A stretch of 64,000 bases of DNA from Mytilus californianus (GCF_021869535.1 NW_026262679.1:117924001-117988000); one strand, 5' to 3'. Shown: positions 39,142 to 51,255, counted from the first letter of the stretch. Notes: generated by a model from the sequence alone, not told the origin. A program made the numbers and translations.

Positions 39142-39981
39142 TTTATCATATACTTAGCATTAATATGATAGCTTTTGCATATGTGTAATGAACGGAAGTA
39201 CACAAGCCATAATTTCCCACCCGGGCTGATAACCCATATCAGGGGCGTCTCGTGCAAAAAAAACCATAACAGTGCCTCTCGTGCAAGTTACTTCCGGTAT
39301 TTCCGGTATCGTATGTTTACTTTTCCATTGTGGCGTCAGATATTTTTTATTATGACGTCAAAATTTTACGGGAACTTTTGGGATGTCCAGTAATGGCGGA
39401 CAAAAAGCGATAAGGTTTATTGGATCCAGTGGTAAATCTGTTTGTACAGAACCAGCTGTTATTGAAAAAAAAGATGTTAACATGGCTAAATCCGATGATA
39501 TAGATTTTCAAAATGATGCTAGTTTACAATTAGTTCTTGCTGATTAAAGGCCATTGACAAATATGAATCATCTCACATAGTACAACATGTAGTAATAATG
39601 ATCATAAAACTGTAAATACTTCCTCCATGCTTCCAGCTTCCAAATTTTTAATGTTTCAAAATTCCTCTATAGGAAATGGTACCATAATATATATGGAGGT
39701 AGTGATGCTTTTGTTGGACAATTATAGTGTATTTGTTGGATTCATGATTTAACTTCTTTAAAAAGTTTTTGACTATTTTAGTTATTTCATTTGTTTATTT
39801 GCCTTACATAAAACAATTGTCGGAAGTATATGATAAAGAGATTAATACATGACCTTTTCCATATCGGCCCGGGTATCATCCCTCGACCAATATCAGCACC
39901 TCGACTAAGTCTCGGGCTGATATGGGGGTCTCGGGTTATACCCGGGCCGATATGGAAAAGGCCATGTATTAATCTCTATAT
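39142..39981. mobile_element. Palindrome-plus-body element E
   Basis: The body is bounded by a perfect 14 bp IR, TTTATCATATACTT (39142-39155) and AAGTATATGATAAA (39824-39837). Palindrome arms at 39837-39876 and 39938-39977 match 39/40, centred on GAC-TAA-GTC. Confidence 0.9.
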
Positions 39982-40014
39982 AATGTAAGGTATAATAATC
40001 AACATTATATGATA

Positions 40015-41245
40015 AACTGAATAACCACACGTCTGACCCTAACAACTGCCCATATAACCAGTTAATGGGAAATACATAACACATGACTTTAAACAGTAAC
40101 CAGGAATTCACACACCTGACCATATAACCAGTAAACATGAATAACCGCGCACCTGACCGTAAATAAACAGTAAGCTGGATTGATTACACACCTGACCAAA
40201 ATATAAGCAGTAAGCAAGAACAATAACACACCTGGTCATATAAAATGTGAACAGGAACAACCGCACACCTGACAATATAACAGTAAATAAGAATGACCGC
40301 ACACTTGACCATAAACCAGTAAAACAATAACTGCACACCTGACCACAAACCAATAAGGGACCGTTCAATATTTATCAGAGTGATGGGCCAGTGCATTCTT
40401 AACATTGTTTCATTAAAAAAGTTGATACCCATCCTTTTAAATTCTGCAAAAAAGTGCTTGCACATCTCAAAATTCTATAACAAAAGTGCTTGCCCCTCTA
40501 AAACTTAAAAGAATAGTCTTTAGTGTAATTCAAAATACTTGTACACTGTGTAAGACTGGTATTTGAAATATTTTTGGAACAAAATATTGCTACATATATC
40601 GATCCTTTATCTGTCTTTAAGATATCAATATAGAATATCATCCATACGATAAAATCATCTATAGATATTAAAAAAAGATCTTGCCTATCCAAATATTTAC
40701 ACAAAAAAAGTGCTTGCCCCGCCCCATTTTGCACATACCCATCCATCTGATAAATATTGAACGGTCCCTAAACAGGATTAACCGCACACCTGACCATATA
40801 CCAGTAAACAGGAATAACCGCACAACTGATCCAAGTGACAGGAATGACCATATACCTGATTATATAACAAGTGACAGGAATGACCACACATCTGATTATA
40901 TAACAAGTGACAGGAATGACCACATGACCACACACCTGATTATATAGCAAGTGACAAGAATGACCATATACCTGATTATATAACAAGTGACAGGAATGAC
41001 CACACATCTGATTATATAACAAGTGACAGGAATGACCATATACCTGATTATATAACAAGTGACAGGAATGACCACACATCTGATTATATAACAAGTGACA
41101 GGAATGACCACATGACCACACACCTGATTATATAGCAAGTGACAAGAATGACCACACACCTGATTATATAACAAGTGACGGGAATGACTACACACCTGAT
41201 TATATTACAAGTGACAGGAATGACCACACACCTGATTATGCACCC
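40015..41245. repeat. Diverged continuation of the 37 bp satellite, ending in a 36 bp variant block
   Basis: ATAACCAGTAAACAGGAATAACCGCACACCTGACC-type units, then ATATAACAAGTGACAGGAATGACCACACATCTGATT (period 36 at 40867/40903). Confidence 0.85.
40357..40768. mobile_element. MITE with GG termini and TAA TSD (Zator- or Harbinger-type)
   Basis: TAA|GGGACCGTTCAATATTTATCAGA...TCTGATAAATATTGAACGGTCCC|TAA (23 bp perfect TIR). Removing it restores the satellite unit CCAATAAACAGG. Confidence 0.9.
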
Positions 41246-42250
41246 ATTTTACTAGTGAAATGGATTATCCACACACGTTATCATATGAATAGTAAACCAA
41301 AATAGATATAAACAATGCACTTTAAGAATTGATGTTATATCGTATGCTATGGTATCATTACTATTTTATTCTATATAGCTATATTGTAATTTTTTTTTTG
41401 GTGGTTTCTTGTCAGTGTTGATAGCTTAACTAAATTGGGATCTTATCTTTTATCTGTGGGAAAATCATACCAAAGGTTGTCGAAAGTGGACGCAATAACT
41501 GTACTTACAGAAAAGCTTCTAAAAGCTGACGAAAGATTTGTTATAACGTGTAGCATGAATATTTAATCGAGAAAATTAATTAATATTGCTTTGTCTGTAC
41601 AAGGCTCATTAGGAATCTTTGCCATTATGAAACATTTGAAACGACAATTTATAGAAAATGAATCATTGCATTTGTGACTACTTGTTAGACGGATGTTGTT
41701 GCATGAATTATTATGCTATAATTTTAACTGAATACAATAACAATTCTTTGATTGATACTGTGATATAAAACCCTGTGTTCAGTCTGATAGTATTTAATGT
41801 AATATTAAATCTTTGATTGAAACTATGATTTCATTTATGAGACAGTTAGTACAATATTGCTGCATTGATTTGAACATCGTTTTATACAATGCTTAAATGC
41901 TTGTTCCTTAACATCAAATATTCTTTAGCATTTATTACGCTAGGGATAACTTCTTCAACATTTGATGACCACAATTTCGAATAGAGATAATTGGGATTGT
42001 TCTAGGATTAACAAATTACTCATGTGAAAGTTTAGTAACATATATGGGTTTTTAGAAGAAAATTGGTATTTTAGTATAAGAATCTGTAATTATAAAACAC
42101 CTTTTTTTTCTAGTACGAAATAAACACTTGTTACAATTCCCGGAAATAAACGTATCTGGCCTTGAGTGTAGTGTGGTATGATGTATCCATACAGACCAAA
42201 GGGCAAGCTTGTGATTTATCCCGCCTAGGCCTTTTTTTTCTATTCTCAAA

Positions 42251-42493
42251 TCATGATTATCCCGCCTGACGCCTTTTTGTCTACACACGAGATAAATATA
42301 TACTTCTTGACGTGTATTTGTCTACACACGAGTCATAACTATACTACTTGACGTGTACTTGTCTACACACTAGTCATGATTATCCCGCCTGACGTCTTTT
42401 TGTCTACACACGAGTCATAACTATACTACTTAACGTGTATTAGTCTACACACGAGTCATAATTATTCCGCCTGACGCGTTTTTGTCTACTCAC
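42251..42493. repeat. ~41 bp tandem array with two alternating variants (6 copies)
   Basis: All units end GTCTACAC.C.AG; the variants are TTATCCCGCCTGACG and CTATACTACTTGACG. Confidence 0.9.
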
Positions 42494-42536
42494 GAGTCAG
42501 CATTGTCCATTGTCTATTGTTTTGTATCTGAAAGAT

Positions 42537-43780
42537 GTATCACACGGCTTTGTGTTCTGTATTTTTATGCTGTATCACACAGCTTTGTGTTCTGTATTTT
42601 TATGCTGTATCACACAGCTTTGTGTTCTGTATTTTTAGGCTGTATCACACAGTTTTGTGTTCTGTATTTTTATGCTGTATCACACAGCTTTGTGTTCTGT
42701 ATTTTTAGGCTATATCACACAGCTTTGTGTTCTGTATTTTAGGCTGTATCACACAGCTTTGTGTTCTGTATTTTTATGCTGTATCACAAAGCTTTGTGTT
42801 CTGTATTTTTAGGCTATATCACACAGCTTTGTGTTCTGTATTTTTATGCTTTATCACACAGCTTTGTGTTCTGTATTTTAAGGCTATATCACACGGCTTT
42901 GTGATCTGTATTTTTATGCTGTATCACACTGCTTTGTGGTCTGTATTTTTAGGTTATATCACACAGCTTTGTATTCTGTATTTTTAGGCTGTATCACACA
43001 GCTTTGTGTTCTGTATTTTTATGCTATATCACACAGCTTTGTGTTCTGTATTTTTAGGCTATATCACACAGATTTGTGTTCTGTAATTTTATGCTGTATC
43101 ACACAGCTTTGTGTTCTGTATTCTAGGCTGTATCACACAGCTTTGTGTTCTGTATTTTATGCTGTATCACACAGCTTTGTGTTCTGTATTTTTAGGCTAT
43201 CTCACACAGCTTTGTGTTCTGTATTTTTAGGCTATATCACACGGCTTTGTGTTCTGTATTTTTATGCTATATATCACAAGGCTTTGTGTTCTGTATTTTT
43301 TGGCTGTATTACACAGCTTTGTGTTCTGTATTTTTAGGCTATATCACACAGCCTTGTGTTCTGTATTTTTAGGCTATATCACACAGCTTTGTGTTCTGTA
43401 TTTTTATGCTGTATCACACTGCTTTGTGCTCTGAATTTTTAGGCTATATCACACAGCTTTGTGTTCTGTATTTTTAGGCTATATACACGGCTTTGTTTAT
43501 TATATTAAAAGGCTGTATGATACTATCACTAGGCTTGTTTACTATATTTGTAGGTTGTATCGCACGCCATTTTGTTCTGTATTTAGAAGCTGTATTACTT
43601 GGATTTGTGTACTATAATAAGGCTGTATCACAGGGCGCAGTGTTCTGTATTCGAATGGTGTATCAGAAGAATTCGTGTATACTATATTTGAAGGCTGTAT
43701 CACACGCCTTTGTGAATATTATTTAAATATGCTGTATCACACGACATTGTGTACTGTATTTGAATGGCGATGGATATGTG
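42537..43780. repeat. 35 bp satellite array (~27 good copies, then decaying)
   Basis: Unit TGTATCACACAGCTTTGTGTTCTGTATTTTTATGC (period 35 at 42541/42576). Confidence 0.95.
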
Positions 43781-44232
43781 TACTAGTATATTGTTTTTGA
43801 ATTTGTACTGTATCACACGCCAGATTGGTGTATTGCATTTAAATGTTGGGTCACACTTGACCAATTGGAAACTGTAAAGATAAAACGATGTGTAGAGAGA
43901 AAAAAAAACCCGCTTGTAATCTGAATTTCACACAACTCCAGTACTGAAAATTGAAATTGAACATTGCAAACATCAAAACAGAGTAAAATTTTTCATTTTG
44001 ATACCAATGGTTGAAACATACCAAATAAAATACTTTACATTTATTTTTGTAAATTTTTTTTTGCATATATTATCATAGCCTTCACCTTTTAACTATATAC
44101 CCATTTACATTTTTACATTACTTAATCCGACAATTTTGAAATAAGCATGAATAGAATGAATGTTTACATATTATAAAGAATCTTTTAATTAGAGAAAACC
44201 CAAAGGATTGACACAGGTATAGAAATGTGCTA

Positions 44233-44580
44233 ACAAGGACTGGAGGTTTATAGCTTGTGATATGGTAACACGGACTGGATGTTTATCATAGCTTGTGATA
44301 TGGTAACACGGACTAGTGAATTAGAGCTTGTAATATTGTTACCTGAACTGGAGTTTTAAAGCTTATGATATCGTGACCTGGGCTGGAGGTTTAAAGCTTG
44401 TGATATGGTAACAAGGACTGGAGGTTTAGAGCTTGTAATATGGTAACAAGGACTAGAGAATTAGAGCTTGTGATATGGTAACCTGGACTGAAGGTTTAGA
44501 ACTTGTGATATGGTAACCTGGACTAGAGGTTTAAAACTTGTGATATGGTAATCTGGATTGTAGGTTTAGATCTTGTAATA
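44233..44580. repeat. 35 bp tandem array (~10 copies)
   Basis: Unit AACAAGGACTGGAGGTTTAGAGCTTGTGATATGGT. Confidence 0.9.
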
Positions 44581-44972
44581 CATGTAGCATGTGAATCAGA
44601 GCGATATTGTACATTATTTGTAGACTCAAACAGATATATAATACATTCTTGTATTATACTAATTTACTTTCTCAGTTCAATGTTCCAAATTAGATGATTT
44701 TTAATTCTGCAAGAGTCAATATATATAGAAATATATATTTATATAAAATGGTAGAAAATCCCGTCACAGATATTTTTATGGACGTATATACCACACATTA
44801 TATCTAATACAATATCCACGAGCTAAAATGAATCTAATTTAATATGTATATAAAGATGATTAAATTCTTCCTCGGATATGCTTCGGTGTAGCATGAAATA
44901 ATAATACTGGAGTGTTATATTCTGGTTAATCCCGTAAATTGATTGATTACTTTGACAGGGGATATCAGACCA

Positions 44973-45750
44973 TTATAAAATGATATCAGATTTACATGGC
45001 ATTTTTGTTATATCAGATGTATTATCAACCCAAGGTTCAATATCAGCCCAAGAGCCGAAGGCTCGAGGGCTGATATTTACAGAGGGCTGATAATACATCT
45101 ACCATGAAAAATGACATGTTATGATCTTTTTATCATAATTATGCTTCAACAATGGAGAAAAATAACAGTTTAATATATCACCCTTTTAAGTGGTTCTCAA
45201 GTAGAAGTTCTAAAAGTGAAAAGTTCACGGACGACGGACGCCAATTGTAATACATCCGATAGGAAATCTTTCATCATATGCCTCAACAGAGGGGAAAAAC
45301 AACAGTATATTATATTTTTATAAATATAATATTGACGATAAAAAAAACAAAAAAAAACATAATGAACACTGTTTGGAAAATTAAACATTTGTAAATTAAC
45401 TTGCTAAATTATGCTGGAAACTTTGAAAAATGCATTTATTGTATCATTTGTTTTGCATTTTACATTATATATTTTCCTGTTTCCTAATATTTGTTTTGTA
45501 CCTTATTTTGTTATGTTTTTTTTTCACTGAAAACGTACCATTGGGGTGTATTATCCGGATTTTGCCGAGTTTTGACGGAGATGTATGTGATAATATTGAC
45601 GGAAAGGCATGTGATAATTTCCAAATGCAGTCGATAAATTTTTCATATCAGTCCAGTTAGCACCATTTCGGAAAATATGGAATTCACGTAAATTTAATGC
45701 TATTATCATTCTGTAAAAAATATAAGTTATTTACTCTAAGTATATGATAA
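44973..45750. mobile_element. Palindrome-plus-body element F (related to E)
   Basis: Nested arms at 45015-45031/45084-45100 and 45039-45049/45067-45077 surround GAGCC-GAA-GGCTC. The body is bounded by TTATCATA (45130-45137) and CTAAGTATATGATAA (45736-45750); the latter is the exact inverse of E's distal 15-mer. Confidence 0.75.
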
Positions 45751-45850
45751 TAATTCTTTATTTTCATATAAGTAAAACATGATTATACACTGTGAACAAA
45801 AACGGAGATTAGAATGGATATTAATGTTGAAATCAGGACACTCCAGAATA

Positions 45851-45995
45851 ATATAATTGTTATTCGGGCTTCATAGGGGATATGGGCTCATATTCCCTGT
45901 AAGTGTTTTGGTGGCTCAGGGGTATTAAACGCTAACAGGGAATATGAGTCCATACATATACTTTGTGTAAAATCCCGAATTACTATTTACAGTAT
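45851..45995. mobile_element. Isolated long palindrome G (body not identified)
   Basis: TATGGGCTCATATTCCCTGT (45881-45900) and ACAGGGAATATGAGTCCATA (45935-45954) pair at 19/20, with an outer TATTCGGG / CCCGAAT pair. Confidence 0.65.
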
Positions 45996-46209
45996 ACAGC
46001 AAAAACTGATTTTAGGCAACAAGACAAGTAATATTCTAATTCAGTACGTTAATTAAAACATCTTTTACGTAAGAACCTCTTATAACTATACACATTTGTC
46101 ATGTACAACCTACAGCATCTTTTGATTTGAATTGATACGGATTTTTGATGGAAACCGATTCGTCTCAGTTGAATAAAAATATGCTGGAATATGGTAATCA
46201 CACGACCTC

Positions 46210-46525
46210 CATTATAAAATATCATAAACGGTACCAATTTCAATGCACCCCATGCGCATTTCGACAATTGATGTCTCTTCAATGTGATACTCGAGGCCAA
46301 AATATAAGAATTTCCAAAATCTAATACAAATGTTTCAGAGCGGATCAAACCAAAAAGAATTTAAAGTATTGCCAAATCCGGACAAGGATCTAGAGCTTTG
46401 CAAGAGGAAGATATATTCCTTAATTTGAAATAATTTCCAAAATTTTATAACCACAAATTTTTATCAAACAATATCCGTATTTACATGCCAGAACCGAAGT
46501 CCTGGCTACTGGGTTGGTGATACCC
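46210..46525 (-). mobile_element. Decayed hammerhead-bearing repeat unit (retrozyme or PLE terminal-repeat type)
   Basis: Minus strand GAGTATCACATTGAAGA-GACA tcaat TGTC-GAAA-TGCGCA-TG-GGGTG, homologous to 11716-11772. The core C and the cleavage triplet are mutated. Confidence 0.6.
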
Positions 46526-46554
46526 ATTAAAAATGGTAGACCAGCCAGATAAAA

Positions 46555-46598
46555 ATTAGATGTGGTTTGATTGCCAATGAGACAACTATCCACCACGT
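46555..46598 (-). repeat. Terminal fragment of the PLE 3'-end repeat
   Basis: AGATGTGGTTTGATTGCCAATGAGACAACTATCCACCA. Confidence 0.7.
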
Positions 46599-47369
46599 GA
46601 CATCATACAAACAGTAAAAACAAGCAACAGGGATCATGGTCAAAGTATCATATCTATTGTATAGTAATATCTAAAGGAAAATACAACATAATATTTGTTA
46701 AGAAAATTGGTTCTTTTTCTCTGATTTAAAAGCAATATCCGGAGTTCTAATACAATTATTTCTGACATGAAACAGATTTTTATTATTCTCTTGATATTTG
46801 CTTTATCATATAACAAAATAACTCTACAATGGTCAATTATTGCATGTTATCGAACATATATGTTTGATGCAGCGAACTTTTGTTATTGAATAATGTTTGG
46901 AGTGTTTTAGAGAATTGATGGTTACTGTGATTGGAATATATTGAAGATACTGTGTAGCCCATTACGTTATATGTTACCGATGTACTGAATATTAGATAAT
47001 TTTGTGTAACCATTTTATCTGAACCACTGATTGTTCTGGCTGGTCTACCATTTACCATTTGACTCAATTTGGCAAATTAGGCTAAACTTATAACATAGGA
47101 ATTAAGCATTCAGATGAGTTTTGATTATATTGTTTTTTATTAAGTTATATATTGTGCAAATTAGATTCAGCGAACAATGGTTATTATTAAGCTATTTGTT
47201 TCTAAATATAATTTAAGACAATAATACAAAATAAGTAAATTATTTGAACATGATAGAGTACACGAATTTACAAGCGATAAAACATTTTTGTGACATGCAT
47301 TTGAGCCATCATACTTTATGGTATTTGATAAATAAATTCTCTGAAAGATAATTCAATATGCTTCATAAT

Positions 47370-47755
47370 GTGAGTCGGTTGACCGTTATGGAAATTCAAT
47401 ATCTGTTTGACAGATGATCACTGATAAGTTCCAACTGTCGTAACCATAGTTCCTACCTCTTTTGCTCAATGTGACCTCATCGAATACAACTATTTATACT
47501 TACATGAACAATAAAACGGGTGCCACAAAAAATGGGGGTGATCTCAGGTGCAGCAGGAACGACTTAAACTGCCGGAGCACCTGAGATCACTCACGATTTT
47601 AGTTGTGGTTTGTTGTGCTCAGTCTAGAATTTTCTATGTTGTGCTTTGTAGACTGTTGTTTGTCTTTTCGTATTTTTCGTGATTTGACCTGGCTTTATTA
47701 GTTTATCTTCCACTTTCGCGTTTGAATATATTTTTGGTATCTGTCGCCTCTCTTT
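47370..47755 (+). repeat. Degenerate PLE 3'-region copy (family of 4090-5365)
   Basis: GGTTGACCGTTATGGAA...ACGGGTGCCAC...CCGGAGCACCTGAGATCAC...TTGTGCTCAGTC...GGTATCT is the reverse complement of blocks in 4090-5050. Confidence 0.6.
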
Positions 47756-48185
47756 AATAGAAATATTAACTGTATTATTTCTTCTTCAGTTGAGATAATT
47801 GGGAAACGGTAAAAAATTTAAGTAGTACTACAAACCATCCCAATTGCCAGTTTTCATGGTTCGTGTTTAGTTGTTGTAGCTTGCATCCCAATATACACAC
47901 GTAGTTGATGAAATCGGAGTTCTATTTAGTCCTGGTACAAACTTGAGCTTAAATGTCTAGGTGGAGAAGTAGTTAAAGAATAACAAAAAATAACAACAAT
48001 ACCAACAACAAACTTGTGTACCCTTTATGGAATGATATGTTAGTAATGATCAAAACGCATACACGTTATTGACTGTTTTCTTGTTTACTTTGTGTAATCA
48101 AAACGATTAAGCTGCATGGTACCAAGATTCAGAGACTTCACCGTCGTCTACACATGTGTTATACATTTTTTAATTGTTTGGATAA

Positions 48186-49296
48186 TGCGGCGTTCACACA
48201 GTGCCGATTATGGCTCCCGTTTGAGATCAGACAGCGCTAAGACACGAAATGTGAAAAAGTCGGATTACTATCCTCAATGATCTGGAATGTCCTATCATTG
48301 TCTCAACGCAGTCGTATACGTTCGTAACAGATTCCTACGGATCGGGAATGGTCCAGAGAGGTCGGCCAAGCATCCCGACACTTAGGTGCGTCCCGTAACA
48401 TTCGGGGAAACTCATCCGATTTTGTCTAGTCGGATTACAATCGTGACTACATAATATATGTCGTGACAGATTCTGCTGTATCGGATCAAAATCGTAACTA
48501 AGTTCTGTGTTTTCTGGACGGTGACCTGTGGAATGGGCATGATCTGGAGAAATTTGTCATTGCTGTTTTTGTCGATTAGGTCCAGATTGCATCTAGATCT
48601 TGGCGAATGCGAACCGCCTTTGTTCCGGAACAGTTCCGTTATTAATACGAAATTCGGCAATTATACCCACGTCGGAGTCCCGACAATTACAGAACACGAT
48701 ACGACGGAGTCCAGACAAAGCGTTTGCAATAAATAAATAAATAAATAATCTTTATTTCAAGAGGATAATCCCATTAGTTAAAACTAATCTTCCTGAGAGT
48801 CCTCAAATGCAATGCGGTACAGCAGCCTGTGATAGGATTGCGATCCGGTAGTACCTGATCATCCCAAATATGGCGATTTGTTTAAAAGACGGGACTATCC
48901 CATGAAACAGTTTTCTAACGGATATCTTCCGTCAACGTCGGTTTACTGTCTGGTCACTACATCTGATCTCTGTCGGATCGCATTCGGTAGAATCGTGACG
49001 CTGTCGGGACATATCCGGTCGTTTTTTTACCAAATTAAAAAAAGATACAAATTGAATTAGAATCCGATTGAGAACGGGATAATCGGGACAAATCCGGCTG
49101 GAAACGGATGAATTTGGACGCTTCCTGAACAATATCTGATTTTTGTCGTGATTAAATAAATGTTTTTACAAATTTTAATTAAAGTTTGAATTTCCAGCCG
49201 CGATTCACCGGATCTTGATCAGACTTTTGACAAAATTTGATCGGAAATGGTCCTATCATGGACTGCAGTAAAAATCGCGAATGTGTGACCCCGGCT
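48186..49296. mobile_element. PIF/Harbinger-type non-autonomous element
   Basis: TAA|TGCGGCGTTCACAC...GTGTGACCCCGGCT|TAA, with a CpG-rich interior distinct from the flanks. Confidence 0.7.
48731..48807 (-). mobile_element. 77 bp extreme 3' end of a CR1-group LINE
   Basis: (TTTA)n tail, GAGGA...TCCTC and ATTAG...CTAAT stem-loop like 13195-13275, and a TGCAAT duplication (48725-48730, 48808-48813). Confidence 0.8.
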
Positions 49297-50439
49297 TAAC
49301 AATAAATTCGTCAATTTGTCTAGCAATAGATGTCACTGATTTAACTTGGTGAGACGGGAATAAGATCTAAGGAGAAAAAAAATTCTCTCGAATATAGACA
49401 CTAATAATGTTATTTCACGGAATAATTCCAAGTTTTGATACATGTACACTGTTGGTCGGATCATTCCAATGCATCTTTACAAATAAAATGCTCAGCGTGC
49501 AACAGATTGTTAGTTTTTTTGTGTATTCTGAACTGCTATTTATTTATCATGTCTCCGCTGTCTTTTTAACTTACGTTTTTTTTTTAGTTCCCTTACATCT
49601 CCAATGGCTGTAAAAATCACCTCTTTTACCCGTAAGAGACCAACATGGGTCCGTACTACTTGCAATCTTTTAACCATATGAATATTCAAAAAGGTACAAA
49701 ATTCTTTTTTTTATTATTCCTGTGGCATTGTGGGGTTTGGTTTTAATTGTACTGAACTGTTGATGACATTTTCTTACGATGTCTTTCTACCACGAATCTT
49801 TGCAAAACGATGTAAATAGCCCAACGCAAAAATAATCTTAATGCATAATTAAGATTTATATGGACGAAAATCAACATAAAACTATGTTTACAAGGCGCGA
49901 GATTAGATATAGAGAATTTATATTTCCCAAGATGGTAACAACCTTTAATTGATATTAGCAACGATGTTTTATGTTATCCATGACAATAAAAACGAAATCG
50001 TTACTTGCCTGTTTGTTTATGATTGTTATTTCCCGCCAAATTCATGCCTTTTTCTTTTCTTAAGCGTGGCTGAGTTGTAGGTTGTACAATTTATAACTTC
50101 AAATGCATGCCTTTTGATATATTGCTGCGGGGAAGATGTCTATCAGAGAACCAGTGGGGTATTTTTAAACCATACTCGTACAGAACATGAAGTTATAAAC
50201 ACAGCAACGTAGCCATGTGTTCGCTACTCTCTCATCAGGGTTACAATTCCGTCCCATTGCTCCCAATGGAGTAGTCTAGGAGTCACTGTGGTTCAACAAT
50301 GACAGACTTTATGCTTTTAATGTTCACGAATGAATAAATCAAGGTAACAGTAATTTTGTCGATAGTTCATCTATTGATCTTTGAAATTCGTGAATAAACA
50401 CCAGTATTCTAGGACCTCTGTTTGTAGTATTATCCAACA

Positions 50440-50748
50440 GGCGCTTGGTAAATGAATAATTTTTTCTTTTTCCTTTTTTAGACGTTGAATTCTAATTTAA
50501 GTAAAATTTATTGTCCGAAAACTGGAAAATCCTTCTTTTTTAATAAATTAAACCCCATAACTAGGAAACGTAAAATCTAAAATTTATAAAAATTGAAAGA
50601 GAGATCACGTCAATAGATATACCCAATTCATTAAAGTTTCATGCACATTTGTTAAAGCGTTTTTGAGTTTAAATTGTCCGCCATGTTGACGACGGACGAA
50701 CGGACGGACAACGGTGTACCATAATACGTCCCGTAAACGGGCATATAA
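50440..50748 (+). mobile_element. HINE-like element, 3' part
   Basis: GACGACGGACGAACGGACGGAC microsatellite followed by the terminal CCCGT-AA-ACGGG hairpin and TATAAA. Confidence 0.65.
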
Positions 50749-51255
50749 AGAGGCTTAAGGGTCTTGGTGTGAAATAAATTCAAGAGAAATTGCTGCATAT
50801 CTCTTTATCTTATGAAAAAAGGAAATTTGACGAATTTGTCGTTTAGCGTTCAGATTGATAATCTTTCAGAAATACTTATTACGTAATTGAACAATCATTA
50901 TATATATATATGGTTCGGGATTTCACTTCGGGGAAGGGTCCTAAAGAAGAATTATTTTTTGTAGAAAATTTACAGGTTTTGTGGTTATTGGCCATACATA
51001 TGTATTAAATAAAATGCAAAAAACATGCTTAAAATATTTCCTAATCTAAAATAGCAAAAATACAAAATTTTAACAAATAGTTCATTCAAAAAAGGTTAAC
51101 GAATCAGATAAGTACTACAGAGAACTTCTAAATGCTTGTTACAACGTCTTTAGTCAGTTTAAGTTCGAGGTATGTAGTCAAAAACAAATAAAGGTAACAT
51201 CTCAACAATAAATTTCTTCCTTGAACACAGCTGGGTGAACATTCGAAATTTTAAA

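Noticed and set aside
40681-43434. Cys/His/Tyr-rich repeat ORFs
   Set aside because: They are translations of the 36 bp and 35 bp satellites.
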